Assembly: GCA_026983955.1 (NCBI GenBank)
Contig: JALSTB010000013.1
Coordinates: 17,720 to 81,719, forward strand
Length of the DNA stretch: 64,000 nucleotides
From: Melioribacteraceae bacterium
GTDB taxonomy: Bacteria > Bacteroidota > Ignavibacteria > Ignavibacteriales > Melioribacteraceae
Direction: 5' to 3'
Shown here: positions 52,996 through 62,941 of the stretch, in pieces
Layout of the letters: every line of letters begins with the position of its first letter
Numbering within the stretch: the first letter of the stretch is position 1
Program-made: the position numbers and the translations under genes
The notes under the pieces: generated by a model
The model's input: only the letters and a program-made list of their open reading frames with translations
The model's database searches: none
Told to the model about the DNA's origin: nothing

Positions 52996-55341
52996 ATGAT
53001 TTCACAAGAATCACTTGAGAAACTTGAATACCGCAAAATTCTAAATTACATTTCCACATTCTCGGCAACCGAACAAGGGAAGGAGGAAATCCGGACATTA
53101 ACACCTTTGAATTCCTTGCAATTAATCATCGAAGAGGGCAAACTTGTATCCGAAGCAAAAGAGATTTTAATTGAAAAAGATTACCCGCCCTTTGTGTACT
53201 TACCCGATTTATCGGACGTTTTAAGCAAAAGCCGGATCGAAGGAATAATTCTTCATGTTAAAGATATTAGAAATGTTGCCAAATTAGCCGGAAATTCGAG
53301 GCAGCTCAGAACTTTTTTCCGTGATTTACAAGAAAGTGGTATCAAATCAAAGTACGCTGGCAGGTTATTTGTCGATAAGGTTTTCGAAAAGCACTTGAAT
53401 TCAGTATTTAGTCCCACCGGGGAAATCGTCGATTCGGCAAGCAAGGAATTGACTTCGATAAGGCGGGAAATAAGGGAAAAAGAAGATTTGCTTAAAAAAA
53501 CGGTGGGGAAAATACTAAAAAAATTAAGCGATTCATACTTGGTACGCGAAGAATATGTAACGCAAAGAGACGGGAGAATCGTGCTCCCGATTAAAGCGGA
53601 GCACAAACGGCATGTGAAAGGCTTTATTCATTCCGAATCGGCAACCGGTCAAACCGTTTACATAGAACCGGAAGAAACTTTGGAGTTGAACAATGAAATA
53701 TTAACGTTGAAATTTGCCGAAAAAAGGGAAATAGAGAGAATATTAAAAAGATTGACTCAGCTCATCGGAGCAAGGAGCATGGAATTATCGGAAACATTGC
53801 AAATTATTACCAAACTGGATTCTCTTTTTGCCAAAGCACGCTATTCCCTCGAAATTATAGGAAGTTTTCCTGCGTTTAATAACTCAAAACCGTTAAAAAT
53901 AATTCAAGGCTACCATCCGATTTTGAAAAAGAGATTGGGACACGAAAAAACCGTTCCCTTGAATTTGGAAATAGGGAAAGATAAAATAATTGTAATTACG
54001 GGTCCGAATGCCGGTGGTAAAACGGTTGTGCTGAAAACGGTAGGTTTACTTGTTGCTCTTGCACAATCCGGCATTCACATTCCGGTACATCCCGATTCAA
54101 ATCTTCATTTCTTTAACAAAATTTTCATCGATATTGGCGATGAGCAGTCTATTGAAAACGATCTGAGTACTTTTAGTTCACATCTTTCAAATTTAAATTA
54201 CATTGTTAATAATGCAACACCCGACTCTTTAATTCTTTTGGATGAAATTGGAACCGGTACCGATCCGGCCGAAGGCTCTGCGCTTGCTACTGCTATTTTA
54301 TTGCGTTTACTGGAAATTGGTGCTACGGTTCTTGCTACAACACACCACGGAAATTTGAAAATGCTTGCCACCGCATTTGAGGGAATACAAAACGCTTCGA
54401 TGAAATTCGATACGGAACGATTAATACCGACGTACGAATTTTATCAGGGTTTGCCCGGTTCAAGCTATGCTTTCGAAGTTGCAAGAAAGATTGGATTGGA
54501 TAATAAGATTATTACCGAAGCAAAAAAACATTTGGACGTTAACAAAGACAAGTTGGAAAATTTCCTTGTAGAGATAGAAAAAAAATCGAATGAACTTACA
54601 CGGAAATTAAGAAATATGGAATTGGAAAATACGAGATTGAAGGGGCTTGCCAATTTGTATCAAAATAAAATTGAAGACTTAAAGAAAAAGCAAAAAGAAA
54701 TTTTATTGAAAACGGAAGCAAAAGCGGAAAGTTTTTTGGATGAAATTAACAAAAGTTTCGAAAAAACGGTTAAACGTATCAGAGAAACATCAGCCGATTC
54801 CAAAGTAATAAAAGAAGAAAAACAAAAAATTCTAAAATTAAAAGAAAAAAAAGAAAAATATTTTACGGTTGAAGAACCCCGGCAAGAAACCGGGCAAAAC
54901 TTTAAGGTGGGTGATTATGTACGGATTAAAGATTCCGCCACAACCGGTGAAATTATTGAACTGGATGATAATAAAAATATCGCCGTAATTGTATCCGGAA
55001 ATCTGAAATTGAAGGTCAAGTTAAAAAGTCTGCTACACGAAAGCAAAACCGGCAAAGAGAATTTTGTAAAAAGTGCAAAATACTCGCCTTCAGTTGAAAC
55101 TCTGAGATTGGATATCCGCGGTAAAAAGCCGGAAGAAATAGAGCACAAACTTTTGAATTATCTCGATAACGCCTACGCATCGAATCTTGAACGTGTTGAA
55201 ATACTTCACGGAAAAGGCACCGGAGTATTAAAGCAATTTGTGAAAAACACCCTCGAAAATCATCCCAAAGTGAAAAAATTCTATTTTGCAGATATTGAAA
55301 GCGGTGGCGATGGTGTGACCGTCGTGGAATTTGAGGATTAA
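52996..55341 (+). CDS. mutS2: Endonuclease MutS2 (MutS domain plus C-terminal Smr)
   Basis: 781 aa with Walker A (ITGPNAGGKTV), LLDEIGTGTDP and the Smr domain (LDIRGKKPEEI...VEILHGKGTGVLK). Confidence 0.95.
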   Translation: MISQESLEKLEYRKILNYISTFSATEQGKEEIRTLTPLNSLQLIIEEGKLVSEAKEILIEKDYPPFVYLPDLSDVLSKSRIEGIILHVKDIRNVAKLAGNSRQLRTFFRDLQESGIKSKYAGRLFVDKVFEKHLNSVFSPTGEIVDSASKELTSIRREIREKEDLLKKTVGKILKKLSDSYLVREEYVTQRDGRIVLPIKAEHKRHVKGFIHSESATGQTVYIEPEETLELNNEILTLKFAEKREIERILKRLTQLIGARSMELSETLQIITKLDSLFAKARYSLEIIGSFPAFNNSKPLKIIQGYHPILKKRLGHEKTVPLNLEIGKDKIIVITGPNAGGKTVVLKTVGLLVALAQSGIHIPVHPDSNLHFFNKIFIDIGDEQSIENDLSTFSSHLSNLNYIVNNATPDSLILLDEIGTGTDPAEGSALATAILLRLLEIGATVLATTHHGNLKMLATAFEGIQNASMKFDTERLIPTYEFYQGLPGSSYAFEVARKIGLDNKIITEAKKHLDVNKDKLENFLVEIEKKSNELTRKLRNMELENTRLKGLANLYQNKIEDLKKKQKEILLKTEAKAESFLDEINKSFEKTVKRIRETSADSKVIKEEKQKILKLKEKKEKYFTVEEPRQETGQNFKVGDYVRIKDSATTGEIIELDDNKNIAVIVSGNLKLKVKLKSLLHESKTGKENFVKSAKYSPSVETLRLDIRGKKPEEIEHKLLNYLDNAYASNLERVEILHGKGTGVLKQFVKNTLENHPKVKKFYFADIESGGDGVTVVEFED

Positions 55342-55450
55342 AGAAACCGCTTTTACAATTTGCGTATTTTCTTACTATATATTATTTTGAAAAATACTTA
55401 TTGTGCAATTATTTTATTGGATAAAATTATTCCGGTTAAATTTTACGAGA

Positions 55451-56956
55451 ATGCAGAGAATTAAAAAAATTTTAATTGTAAATCGCGGTGAAATTGCCGT
55501 AAGAATTATTTCTGCTTGCCGGGAATTGGGAATAACAAGCGCAACGGTTTATTCCGAAGCCGATACTACATCTCTTCACACCAGGCTATCCGATGAAACA
55601 TACTTAATAGGTCCGGCGCCGGCGGCTGAATCTTACCTTAACATAAATAAAATAATTCGCCTTGCGAAAGAAATTGACGCCGATGCAATTCATCCGGGAT
55701 ATGGATTTTTATCTGAAAATCCGGAATTTATTAAAGCGGTTGAAGATGCGGGAATTATTTTTATCGGTCCGTCATCGAAATCCGTTGAATTGATGGGTAA
55801 TAAAACCGCCGCCCGTGAATTGATGCAAATGAATAACGTGCCGATTGTTCCTGGTACTACGAAAAGAATTGAAAGTGTGGAGGAAGCTATTGCCTCGGCA
55901 AAGGAAATCGGTTTCCCCGTTATGTTGAAAGCCGCTGCCGGTGGCGGTGGGAAAGGGATGAGACTCGTTCACTCCGAAAACGATTTGGCCGGTTCGCTTG
56001 AACGGGCTCAAAACGAATCACTCAAAGCATTCGGCAGTTCCGAAATTTATATGGAAAAATTCATTGAAAATCCGAAACATATCGAAGTGCAAATTCTTGG
56101 AGATAAACACGGAAATTATATCCATCTTTTCGAAAGGGAATGTTCCATTCAACGAAGGCACCAAAAGGTTGTGGAAGAATCGCCTTCAACTTTCCTCGAT
56201 GGTGAGGTGAGACGGAAAATTACGGAAGCCGCAATCAATGCAGCAAAGGCTTGCGAATATTATAATGCCGGCACAATCGAATTTTTAATGGATAAAGATC
56301 ACAATTTTTATTTTTTGGAAATGAATACCAGACTTCAAGTAGAACACCCGGTAACCGAATTGATAACCGGTGTGGATTTGGTTAAAGAACAAATTAATAT
56401 TGCCGGAGATAATGAGCTTTCCTACAAACAGCGTGATATAAAAATGCACGGGCACGCAATTGAGTGCCGTGTTTATGCAGAAGACATTGAAAACAACTTT
56501 GCACCTTCAACCGGAAAAATCAAGTATCACTCTTTGCCTGCCGGTCCGGGAATCCGTGTGGACCGGGGAATCGACTTCGAATCGGAAGTTCCAATCTATT
56601 ACGATCCGCTTCTTTCCAAAGTTATAACTTGGGGAAGTACACGCAGTGAAGCAATCGAGAGAATGAAAAAAGCTTTATCCGAATACAAAATAGTCGGCGT
56701 AACAACAAACGTTGAATTGTTTAATTGGATTCTTAACCACAAAACTTTTTTGGAAGGGACTTTTGACAATAACTTTCTTGATAAAGAATTTTTACCGTTG
56801 GTTGAAAACGGAAAATTTAAAACCGGAACTTCCGGAGTGAATAACGAAATAGCCGCACTGGCAGCTGTAATAATTTCGGAAAAGGAAAAGCAACATATTT
56901 TAACTGATATGAAAATTAACGGTAGGAACAATTGGGTAACTGCAAGATATGAATGA
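55451..56956 (+). CDS. accC: Biotin carboxylase subunit of a biotin-dependent carboxylase, with a C-terminal extension of about 50 aa
   Basis: The start is at MQRIKKILIVNRGEIAVRII. ATP-grasp motifs are present: MLKAAAGGGGKGMR, EMNTRLQVEHPVTE. The ORF track begins earlier, at 55403. Confidence 0.9.
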   Translation: MQRIKKILIVNRGEIAVRIISACRELGITSATVYSEADTTSLHTRLSDETYLIGPAPAAESYLNINKIIRLAKEIDADAIHPGYGFLSENPEFIKAVEDAGIIFIGPSSKSVELMGNKTAARELMQMNNVPIVPGTTKRIESVEEAIASAKEIGFPVMLKAAAGGGGKGMRLVHSENDLAGSLERAQNESLKAFGSSEIYMEKFIENPKHIEVQILGDKHGNYIHLFERECSIQRRHQKVVEESPSTFLDGEVRRKITEAAINAAKACEYYNAGTIEFLMDKDHNFYFLEMNTRLQVEHPVTELITGVDLVKEQINIAGDNELSYKQRDIKMHGHAIECRVYAEDIENNFAPSTGKIKYHSLPAGPGIRVDRGIDFESEVPIYYDPLLSKVITWGSTRSEAIERMKKALSEYKIVGVTTNVELFNWILNHKTFLEGTFDNNFLDKEFLPLVENGKFKTGTSGVNNEIAALAAVIISEKEKQHILTDMKINGRNNWVTARYE

Positions 56957-57449
56957 ATATGTTGTAACAACCGGTGATTCGAAGAAAAAGATAAAAATCC
57001 TTTCCACCGGGGAAGCGGTAATTGACGGTAAAACAGTCCATTACGAAGTTGTGAAATTAAATAATAATACTTTATATCTACGGACCGGAAATAAGTTACA
57101 TGAAATTATTTATGAGAAAACCACAGGAAACAATTATTTCATTTATGTAAATGGACAAAAAATAAAAACCACAGTGCGAACGGAACTTGAAGAAAAAGTA
57201 AACGAACTTCTTGAAAGAAAAAAAGACGGAGTGGAGGAATCGGAAATTACAGCTCCTATGCCGGGTTTGCTGCTTAAAATATTAAAGAAAGAAGGAGAGG
57301 AAGTTTCTGCCGGAGAACCCGTTGCTATTCTGGAAGCCATGAAAATGGAAAATGAAATCAGAGCACAATTAAACGGTAAAATAGGTAAGATTTATATCCG
57401 TGAAGGTCAATCCGTTGATAAAGGAGAATTAATACTTAAAATAAATTAA
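56949..57449 (+). CDS. Biotin carboxyl carrier protein (biotinyl domain)
   Basis: 166 aa with the biotinylation motif EAMKMENEI near the C-terminus. It overlaps the accC stop by 8 nt. Confidence 0.85.
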   Translation: MNEYVVTTGDSKKKIKILSTGEAVIDGKTVHYEVVKLNNNTLYLRTGNKLHEIIYEKTTGNNYFIYVNGQKIKTTVRTELEEKVNELLERKKDGVEESEITAPMPGLLLKILKKEGEEVSAGEPVAILEAMKMENEIRAQLNGKIGKIYIREGQSVDKGELILKIN

Positions 57450-57480
57450 TTTTATTATTTCAACAAATATAGGAGGATTC

Positions 57481-58746
57481 GTGTTAAAGAAAATTAACGT
57501 TACAATCTTCGGAATTCTATTTGCTGCAACTCAATTGTTTGCAAGCGGATTCCAAATTAATGAACACGGCGCACGAGCGATGGCGCTTGGCGGTGCATTC
57601 ACCGGTTTGGCAAACGACCCTTCGGCTGTTTATTTTAACCCCGCCGGAATTACTCAATTAAACGGAACACACGTTATGGGCGGAGTTACATTAATTATTC
57701 CCAAGTCAACTTTCCGCGGTCCCAGTCCTTCAGTTACCGAATGGGAACTGGAAAAACAAATATTCAATCCGATCAATTTTTATGTCACTCACCAATTGTC
57801 CGAAAAATTACATTTCGGCTTTAGCGTTAACAATCCGTATGGTCTGGGAACCAAATGGCCGAGTGATTGGGTCGGAAAATATATGGCTGTTGAAACGGAA
57901 ATTAAAACTTTCTACTTCAATGCAGTTGCCGCTTACGAGGTATCCAAAGAATTTTCTTTGGGATTCGGTTTCACTTATGCATACGGTGATGTTCTAATTT
58001 CCCGGATGCAAAATTTGAGCCCGTTTAAGGCGGAAGCCGAAATTAATTTGGAAGGAAACGGTAGCGGAGCAGGATTTAATTTCGGATTATTATTCAAACC
58101 GAGTAAGAACTTTTCAATAGGTGCGGCTTATAAAAGCAGGGTACATTTCAATTTTAAAGGCGATGCCACAGCATCTGCACCGAAACAATTTAACGGATTA
58201 TTACCTACGGGCAAAATTGAAGCACCGTTAACCGCTCCGGATATATTGTCGGTTGGTATTGGTGCTAAAGCCGGCGAAAATTTGACTTTCTCTGCAGATT
58301 TTCAATATACAATGTGGTCAACATACGACAAATTGGAAATTACATTCAAAGATTTTATCGATGACGAAACCGGTAAACCGCTTGTTTCCACATCCGTAAG
58401 GGATTATGACAACAGCTATATCGGCCGTTTTGGCGCCGAATACAAAGCAAGCGATATGTTTTCGTTACGTGCAGGATTTTTGTATGATAAAAATCCTGTC
58501 AAAGATGAAAGAGTTGATCCTACATTGCCCGATGCCGATAGATTAGGGTTTAATGCCGGCGTTGGAATTAAATTGGCAGATAATCTTTCCCTCGATTTGG
58601 CGTATTTATTCTTAAGATTCAGTGAAAGAAAAATCGAAAATTCACTCGAAAGTTACAGCGGAATTGAAAACAGTATAGCTCCGATGAACGGAGTTTATAA
58701 TTCCGTGGCTCATCTGTTTGCCGTAAATTTATCGGTTAATTTATAA
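57481..58746 (+). CDS. FadL/OmpP1/TodX-family outer-membrane transporter of hydrophobic compounds
   Basis: 421 aa with a GTG start after AGGAGG. After the signal peptide comes the FadL hatch motif ASGFQINEHGARAMALGGAFTG, then NPAG. Confidence 0.85.
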   Translation: MLKKINVTIFGILFAATQLFASGFQINEHGARAMALGGAFTGLANDPSAVYFNPAGITQLNGTHVMGGVTLIIPKSTFRGPSPSVTEWELEKQIFNPINFYVTHQLSEKLHFGFSVNNPYGLGTKWPSDWVGKYMAVETEIKTFYFNAVAAYEVSKEFSLGFGFTYAYGDVLISRMQNLSPFKAEAEINLEGNGSGAGFNFGLLFKPSKNFSIGAAYKSRVHFNFKGDATASAPKQFNGLLPTGKIEAPLTAPDILSVGIGAKAGENLTFSADFQYTMWSTYDKLEITFKDFIDDETGKPLVSTSVRDYDNSYIGRFGAEYKASDMFSLRAGFLYDKNPVKDERVDPTLPDADRLGFNAGVGIKLADNLSLDLAYLFLRFSERKIENSLESYSGIENSIAPMNGVYNSVAHLFAVNLSVNL

Positions 58747-58765
58747 AAGGAGGGAAAAGAAAATT

Positions 58766-60178
58766 ATGAAAAAATTAAATAAATATTTGGTATTTACTTT
58801 CTTAATCGTTGCTCTCGCTCTTTGGAGTTGCGAAGACAGAACGGATTTAACCGGACCGGCTGCTCCTTCGTTGGGTAATGCCGATTTTTCAACCTTCGTT
58901 ACTTTGGGGAACAGTTTAACTGCAGGTTACCAAAGTGGTGCACTTTATGAAAGTTCACAAGAATATTCTATTGGAAACATGATTGCAAAACAAGTCGGCG
59001 CAACATTCGAACAACCGTTAATTTCCGATCCTGGTGTACCGGGAAGAATTGAAGTAAAATCGATTGCGCCTTTCGAAACCGTTACCAATACTACATTAGG
59101 TCAACCGGTTAACACTAATTACCCGAAACCGTACAACAACCTGGGTGTTCCCGGAGCTTGGTTGGCAGATGTTTTACAAGCAACGGATGCCGCTTCCAGT
59201 ATTCCAGGCGACAATATATTTTTCGATATAATTTTAAGAGGACAAGGCACTCAACTCCAGCAAGCGCTTTCGCTTAAACCTACGTTAATGACCTTGTGGA
59301 TTGGAAATAATGATATTCTGGGATATGCCACAAGAGGCGGAACGGTACCGCATACACCAACAGACGTGTTTGCACAAGTTTACGGTCAATTGGCCGGAGC
59401 AATAGCTTCGCAATCAAGTGCCAAAGTTGTTGTGGCAAATCTTCCTGATGTCAGCGCTATTCCGTATTTTACCACAGTTGGTCCCGGTGTGGCAAAGGCA
59501 ATAAAACCTGCCGTCGATGCCGGTCTTGCTTTCGGAATATTTTATAACACTAACGGTCAAGTAGGTCCGGCTTCACAAACCAGTGTTGCCACTGTCGATG
59601 CTTTGCTTAAAGGAGATGTATTATTAACTTTAACTTTAAGTGCATACGGATACACCGATTTAATCGGCAAACCTACCGGAAAATTTTATACGGATAACGG
59701 AATTGATCCGGCTTTGGTTGGTGTTGATACTACACAACCGTTCGGTTTACATCCGTTGAATCCGATTCCCGATGCATTTGTTTTGGATCCGGCCGAAATT
59801 CAAGAAGTGAAATCCACAATTTCAAGCTACAACCAAACAATTGCAAATACGGCTGCATCTTTCGGATGGCCCGTGGTTGATATCAATTCCTTTTTCAACA
59901 ATGTTGCTGCGAAAGGTTATGTATCGGACGGAATTAAATTCACAACGGAATACGTAACCGGCGGCATATTCAGTCTCGATGGCGTTCATCCGACAAGTCA
60001 AGGGTACGCCGTTGTTGCCAATTTGTTCATCGATAAAATTAACCAAACATTCGGTGCGAAAATTCCGCACATAAATGTTTCAACAATTCCAGGCAGTTTG
60101 GTTCTCGCGAAAGTAGCTTTCAATAAATACGGATTACCGAAACTGGATAAAAATGCTTTTGCAAATTTTCCTTTTTAA
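58766..60178 (+). CDS. SGNH/GDSL-family hydrolase lipoprotein
   Basis: 470 aa with the lipobox LALWSC. SGNH blocks are present: TLGNSLTAGY (block I), GNNDIL (block III), DGVHPT (block V). Confidence 0.8.
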   Translation: MKKLNKYLVFTFLIVALALWSCEDRTDLTGPAAPSLGNADFSTFVTLGNSLTAGYQSGALYESSQEYSIGNMIAKQVGATFEQPLISDPGVPGRIEVKSIAPFETVTNTTLGQPVNTNYPKPYNNLGVPGAWLADVLQATDAASSIPGDNIFFDIILRGQGTQLQQALSLKPTLMTLWIGNNDILGYATRGGTVPHTPTDVFAQVYGQLAGAIASQSSAKVVVANLPDVSAIPYFTTVGPGVAKAIKPAVDAGLAFGIFYNTNGQVGPASQTSVATVDALLKGDVLLTLTLSAYGYTDLIGKPTGKFYTDNGIDPALVGVDTTQPFGLHPLNPIPDAFVLDPAEIQEVKSTISSYNQTIANTAASFGWPVVDINSFFNNVAAKGYVSDGIKFTTEYVTGGIFSLDGVHPTSQGYAVVANLFIDKINQTFGAKIPHINVSTIPGSLVLAKVAFNKYGLPKLDKNAFANFPF

Positions 60179-60187
60179 TTAATTAAC

Positions 60188-60214
60188 ACCGTCCCGGTTT
60201 TAAGCCGGGGCGGT
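60188..60214 (+). terminator. Probable terminator hairpin after the SGNH hydrolase gene
   Basis: ACCGTCCCGG-ttttaag-CCGGGGCGGT, a 10-bp stem with one G-U pair. The T-tract that follows is weak (TACTTGTTTT). Confidence 0.5.
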
Positions 60215-60224
60215 TACTTGTTTT

Positions 60225-60710
60225 ATGAGATTGATGATAATTACATATTTAGTCATTTTTCTTCTTTCCGGATGTGCGGCTGTAAAACAGCAATCGGCCG
60301 GAAATGAAACGGAAGGGAAAGAAGATGTTTATGTATTCGATGATGTAACAAATATCGATACAGTTGCGGTTGAAAACATTCCGGTTCAAGATTCGACTGA
60401 AGCAGTTTACGGTAAAAATTTATCTGCACCGGACGAAACGGACCCGGTGAAAACCGCAAAAAATTTAAATCCGCCAGAAAGTAAGTTTTCCGTCCAGCTC
60501 GGAGCGTTTTCATCATTGGAAAATGCAAATAATTTTGTGAACGATATTCAATCGCAGTTCGATTTTCCTCTGGAAATTTTTTTCAACGAGAAAGTGAATT
60601 TGTACACGGTAAGAACAAAAACTTTCGACACCAGGGAAGAAGCGGAACAATTAAGAGACAAATTAAGAAAAACCAAAAAATTTTCCGATGCGTTTATCGT
60701 TACGGAATAA
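60225..60710 (+). CDS. SPOR-domain lipoprotein
   Basis: 161 aa with the lipobox LLSGC. The C-terminal SPOR pattern is FSVQLGAFSSLENANNFV...YTVRTKTFDTREEAEQL. Confidence 0.8.
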   Translation: MRLMIITYLVIFLLSGCAAVKQQSAGNETEGKEDVYVFDDVTNIDTVAVENIPVQDSTEAVYGKNLSAPDETDPVKTAKNLNPPESKFSVQLGAFSSLENANNFVNDIQSQFDFPLEIFFNEKVNLYTVRTKTFDTREEAEQLRDKLRKTKKFSDAFIVTE

Positions 60711-60822
60711 AACGGTAAACGATTACCACCCGAATTTTTCATGATAAAAAAACACTTGCAAATTATTTTTTTATTCATAAATTTAATTTCAATAAAAAAC
60801 AAAATACCTTAGTGAGGGAAAA

Positions 60823-61242
60823 ATGGCTTTTTCATTAAACAAAGTAATGTTAATCGGTAATTTGGGGCAAGATGCCGAACACCGGTTCACAACAAATAAC
60901 ACGGAAGTTACATCTTTTTCCGTTGCAACAACACACAGCTACAAGAACAGGGAAGGCAATTGGGTGAACGAAACCACATGGCATAATGTGGTTGCTTTCG
61001 GTTTATCCGATTTTTATAAAAACGTGTTGAAAAAAGGCAAAAAAGTTTATGTTGAAGGGAGAATAAGCAAGCGCGATTACGAAAATAAAGACGGGCAAAA
61101 AATATACGTTACCGAAATAATTGCAGATAGAAACGGGATTATTCCACTGGACAGCCGTGATGACGGTTATCAAAGCAGCGCCGCTGCTCCGGATGAACCG
61201 GTTGATTCTCCTACGCCGGAAGATGACGACTTGCCGTTTTAA
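60823..61242 (+). CDS. ssb: Single-stranded DNA-binding protein
   Basis: 139 aa with an OB-fold N-terminus, NKVMLIGNLGQDAEHRFT. The acidic C-terminal tip is DDDLPF. Confidence 0.95.
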   Translation: MAFSLNKVMLIGNLGQDAEHRFTTNNTEVTSFSVATTHSYKNREGNWVNETTWHNVVAFGLSDFYKNVLKKGKKVYVEGRISKRDYENKDGQKIYVTEIIADRNGIIPLDSRDDGYQSSAAAPDEPVDSPTPEDDDLPF

Positions 61243-61276
61243 TTGATTTGTATAACAACTGGGACTTGAACTCTAT

Positions 61277-62551
61277 TTGGATACTGATTGGTATTCCCAT
61301 ATCTTGATTTTAATCGGACTCCTTTCACTCTCGGCATTATTTTCAGGCTCCGAAGTAGCTTTATTTTCTCTGAATTCGAAAAAGCTTGAAGAAACCGGGA
61401 ACAAGAGAAGTTTTACGGTAAGATATATCCTTAAACTCTTAAACCAACCGAAAAAATTGTTGGTATCCATTCTAATCGGAAATACAATCACTAACGTAGC
61501 GGCATCCATTATTTCGGTCTCGCTTGCATTAAAAGTTGCCGAAGTGTACGGTTATCAAAAAGATTTTGTATTGGTGGTTCAAATTATCGTCCTTACAATT
61601 TTAATTCTCCTTTTTGCCGAAGTTACCCCGAAAGTTTGGGCGTCTAAAAATCCGTTGCGATTTGCAAAATTTGCCGTGCTCCCGATTTATTGGACAAATT
61701 TCCTGCTTTCACCCGTTTCAAAATTTCTAAGTGAAACGCTTAAGTTTTTTGCCGAATCGCTTAGTTACGATAAGAAAAAATCTGCTTTATCTACCGAAGA
61801 TTTTGTTCAACTGGCAGATATCGGCGTGGAAAAGGGAATGATTGAAGAAGAGGAACAAGAATTAATTCAAGGTGTCGTTTCTTTCAGAACCATTACTGTC
61901 CAAGAAATAATGACTCCACGGGTTGATATTGTCGCGGTTTCCGTCGATACTACCTTCGATCAATTGTTGGATATTATAACCGAATCCGGACACAGCCGCC
62001 TCCCGCTTTATGAAAAATCTTTGGATAACATTCTCGGGATAATTTACGCAAAAGATTTGCTGCCATACATTGCCGATGAAAAGCTCCGTGTAAACTTTTC
62101 ACTTAAAAAGATTGCACGTGAATGCTTCTTTGTACCCGAAACCAAACTGATAAGCGAATTGATGAATGAATTTCAAGAAAAGAAAATGCACATCGGCATT
62201 GTTGTGGATGAGTACGGCGGAACTTCGGGGTTAATTTCACTTGAAGATATTCTTGAAGAAATTGTCGGCGAAATCAGAGATGAACACGATAAAGAAGAAG
62301 ACAAAATTATCAAGTTGGAAGAAAATAAATATATTGCCGACGGTAAGATCATGATTGACGAACTAAACGAATTTATGGGAATAAAACTGCTCGAAGAAAA
62401 TGAAGACTACGATTCGCTCGGTGGATTTATCTTTCAACATGCCGGTGCCATTCCCGAAAAAGGCTATTCTTTTGAACATAACGGGTACCGGTTTTCTGTA
62501 AAAGATATTAAAAACAATAGAATTCATAAAGTATTAATCGAAAAATTATAG
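61277..62551 (+). CDS. CNNM/hemolysin-family protein (DUF21, CBS pair and CorC_HlyC domains)
   Basis: 424 aa with a TTG start. Motifs are LFSGSEVALFSL, a CBS pair and VVDEYGGTSGLISLEDILEEIVGEIRDEHD. Confidence 0.9.
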   Translation: MDTDWYSHILILIGLLSLSALFSGSEVALFSLNSKKLEETGNKRSFTVRYILKLLNQPKKLLVSILIGNTITNVAASIISVSLALKVAEVYGYQKDFVLVVQIIVLTILILLFAEVTPKVWASKNPLRFAKFAVLPIYWTNFLLSPVSKFLSETLKFFAESLSYDKKKSALSTEDFVQLADIGVEKGMIEEEEQELIQGVVSFRTITVQEIMTPRVDIVAVSVDTTFDQLLDIITESGHSRLPLYEKSLDNILGIIYAKDLLPYIADEKLRVNFSLKKIARECFFVPETKLISELMNEFQEKKMHIGIVVDEYGGTSGLISLEDILEEIVGEIRDEHDKEEDKIIKLEENKYIADGKIMIDELNEFMGIKLLEENEDYDSLGGFIFQHAGAIPEKGYSFEHNGYRFSVKDIKNNRIHKVLIEKL

Positions 62552-62563
62552 TATCATTGCACT

Positions 62564-62941
62564 ATGAAAAAAGGTTGCTTCATAAGTTTTGTTGTACTTC
62601 TCTTCCTACTGATTGCCGCCGGCATATACGTTTACAAATTTCATAAAGAGGAATTTCTGAATTTCGGAAAGAAAACCCTTTTCAGCATGATTAAAAGCGA
62701 ATTGGAAGACGAGTTTGAAAACGTTCGATATTCACCACAAAAAGATTCTTTAAAAATTTTAACTTTTAATTTTCTCGAAAAATTGAAAAACGATAATTTT
62801 GAGAAGAGAAAAACCGAAATTGAAGAATTAAGTAAACTGATTAAGGAAACCCTGGAAGATAAAGAAATTACTCCGGACGAACTAAGCAAAATAAGAAAAT
62901 TGATAAGGAATTATGAAGCAAACGAAAAAAACCGAAATTAA
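62564..62941 (+). CDS. Membrane-anchored hypothetical protein
   Basis: 125 aa with an N-terminal TM helix, then a highly charged helical region. I recognise no motif. It overlaps the MlaD-like gene start by 29 nt. Confidence 0.5.
   Translation: MKKGCFISFVVLLFLLIAAGIYVYKFHKEEFLNFGKKTLFSMIKSELEDEFENVRYSPQKDSLKILTFNFLEKLKNDNFEKRKTEIEELSKLIKETLEDKEITPDELSKIRKLIRNYEANEKNRN

Noticed and set aside
56940-56960. Possible frameshift splitting a single biotin carboxylase-BCCP (PccA-like) gene into two ORFs
   Set aside because: The downstream ORF has its own ATG, overlaps in the usual coupled fashion and has an N-terminal region typical of stand-alone BCCPs of this type. There is no homopolymer or slippery site at the junction.
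60756-60783. Sigma70-like promoter upstream of ssb (TTGCAA, 16 nt, TAAATT)
   Set aside because: In AT-rich intergenic DNA such matches are frequent, and FCB-group promoters may use a different consensus. There is not enough support to annotate it.
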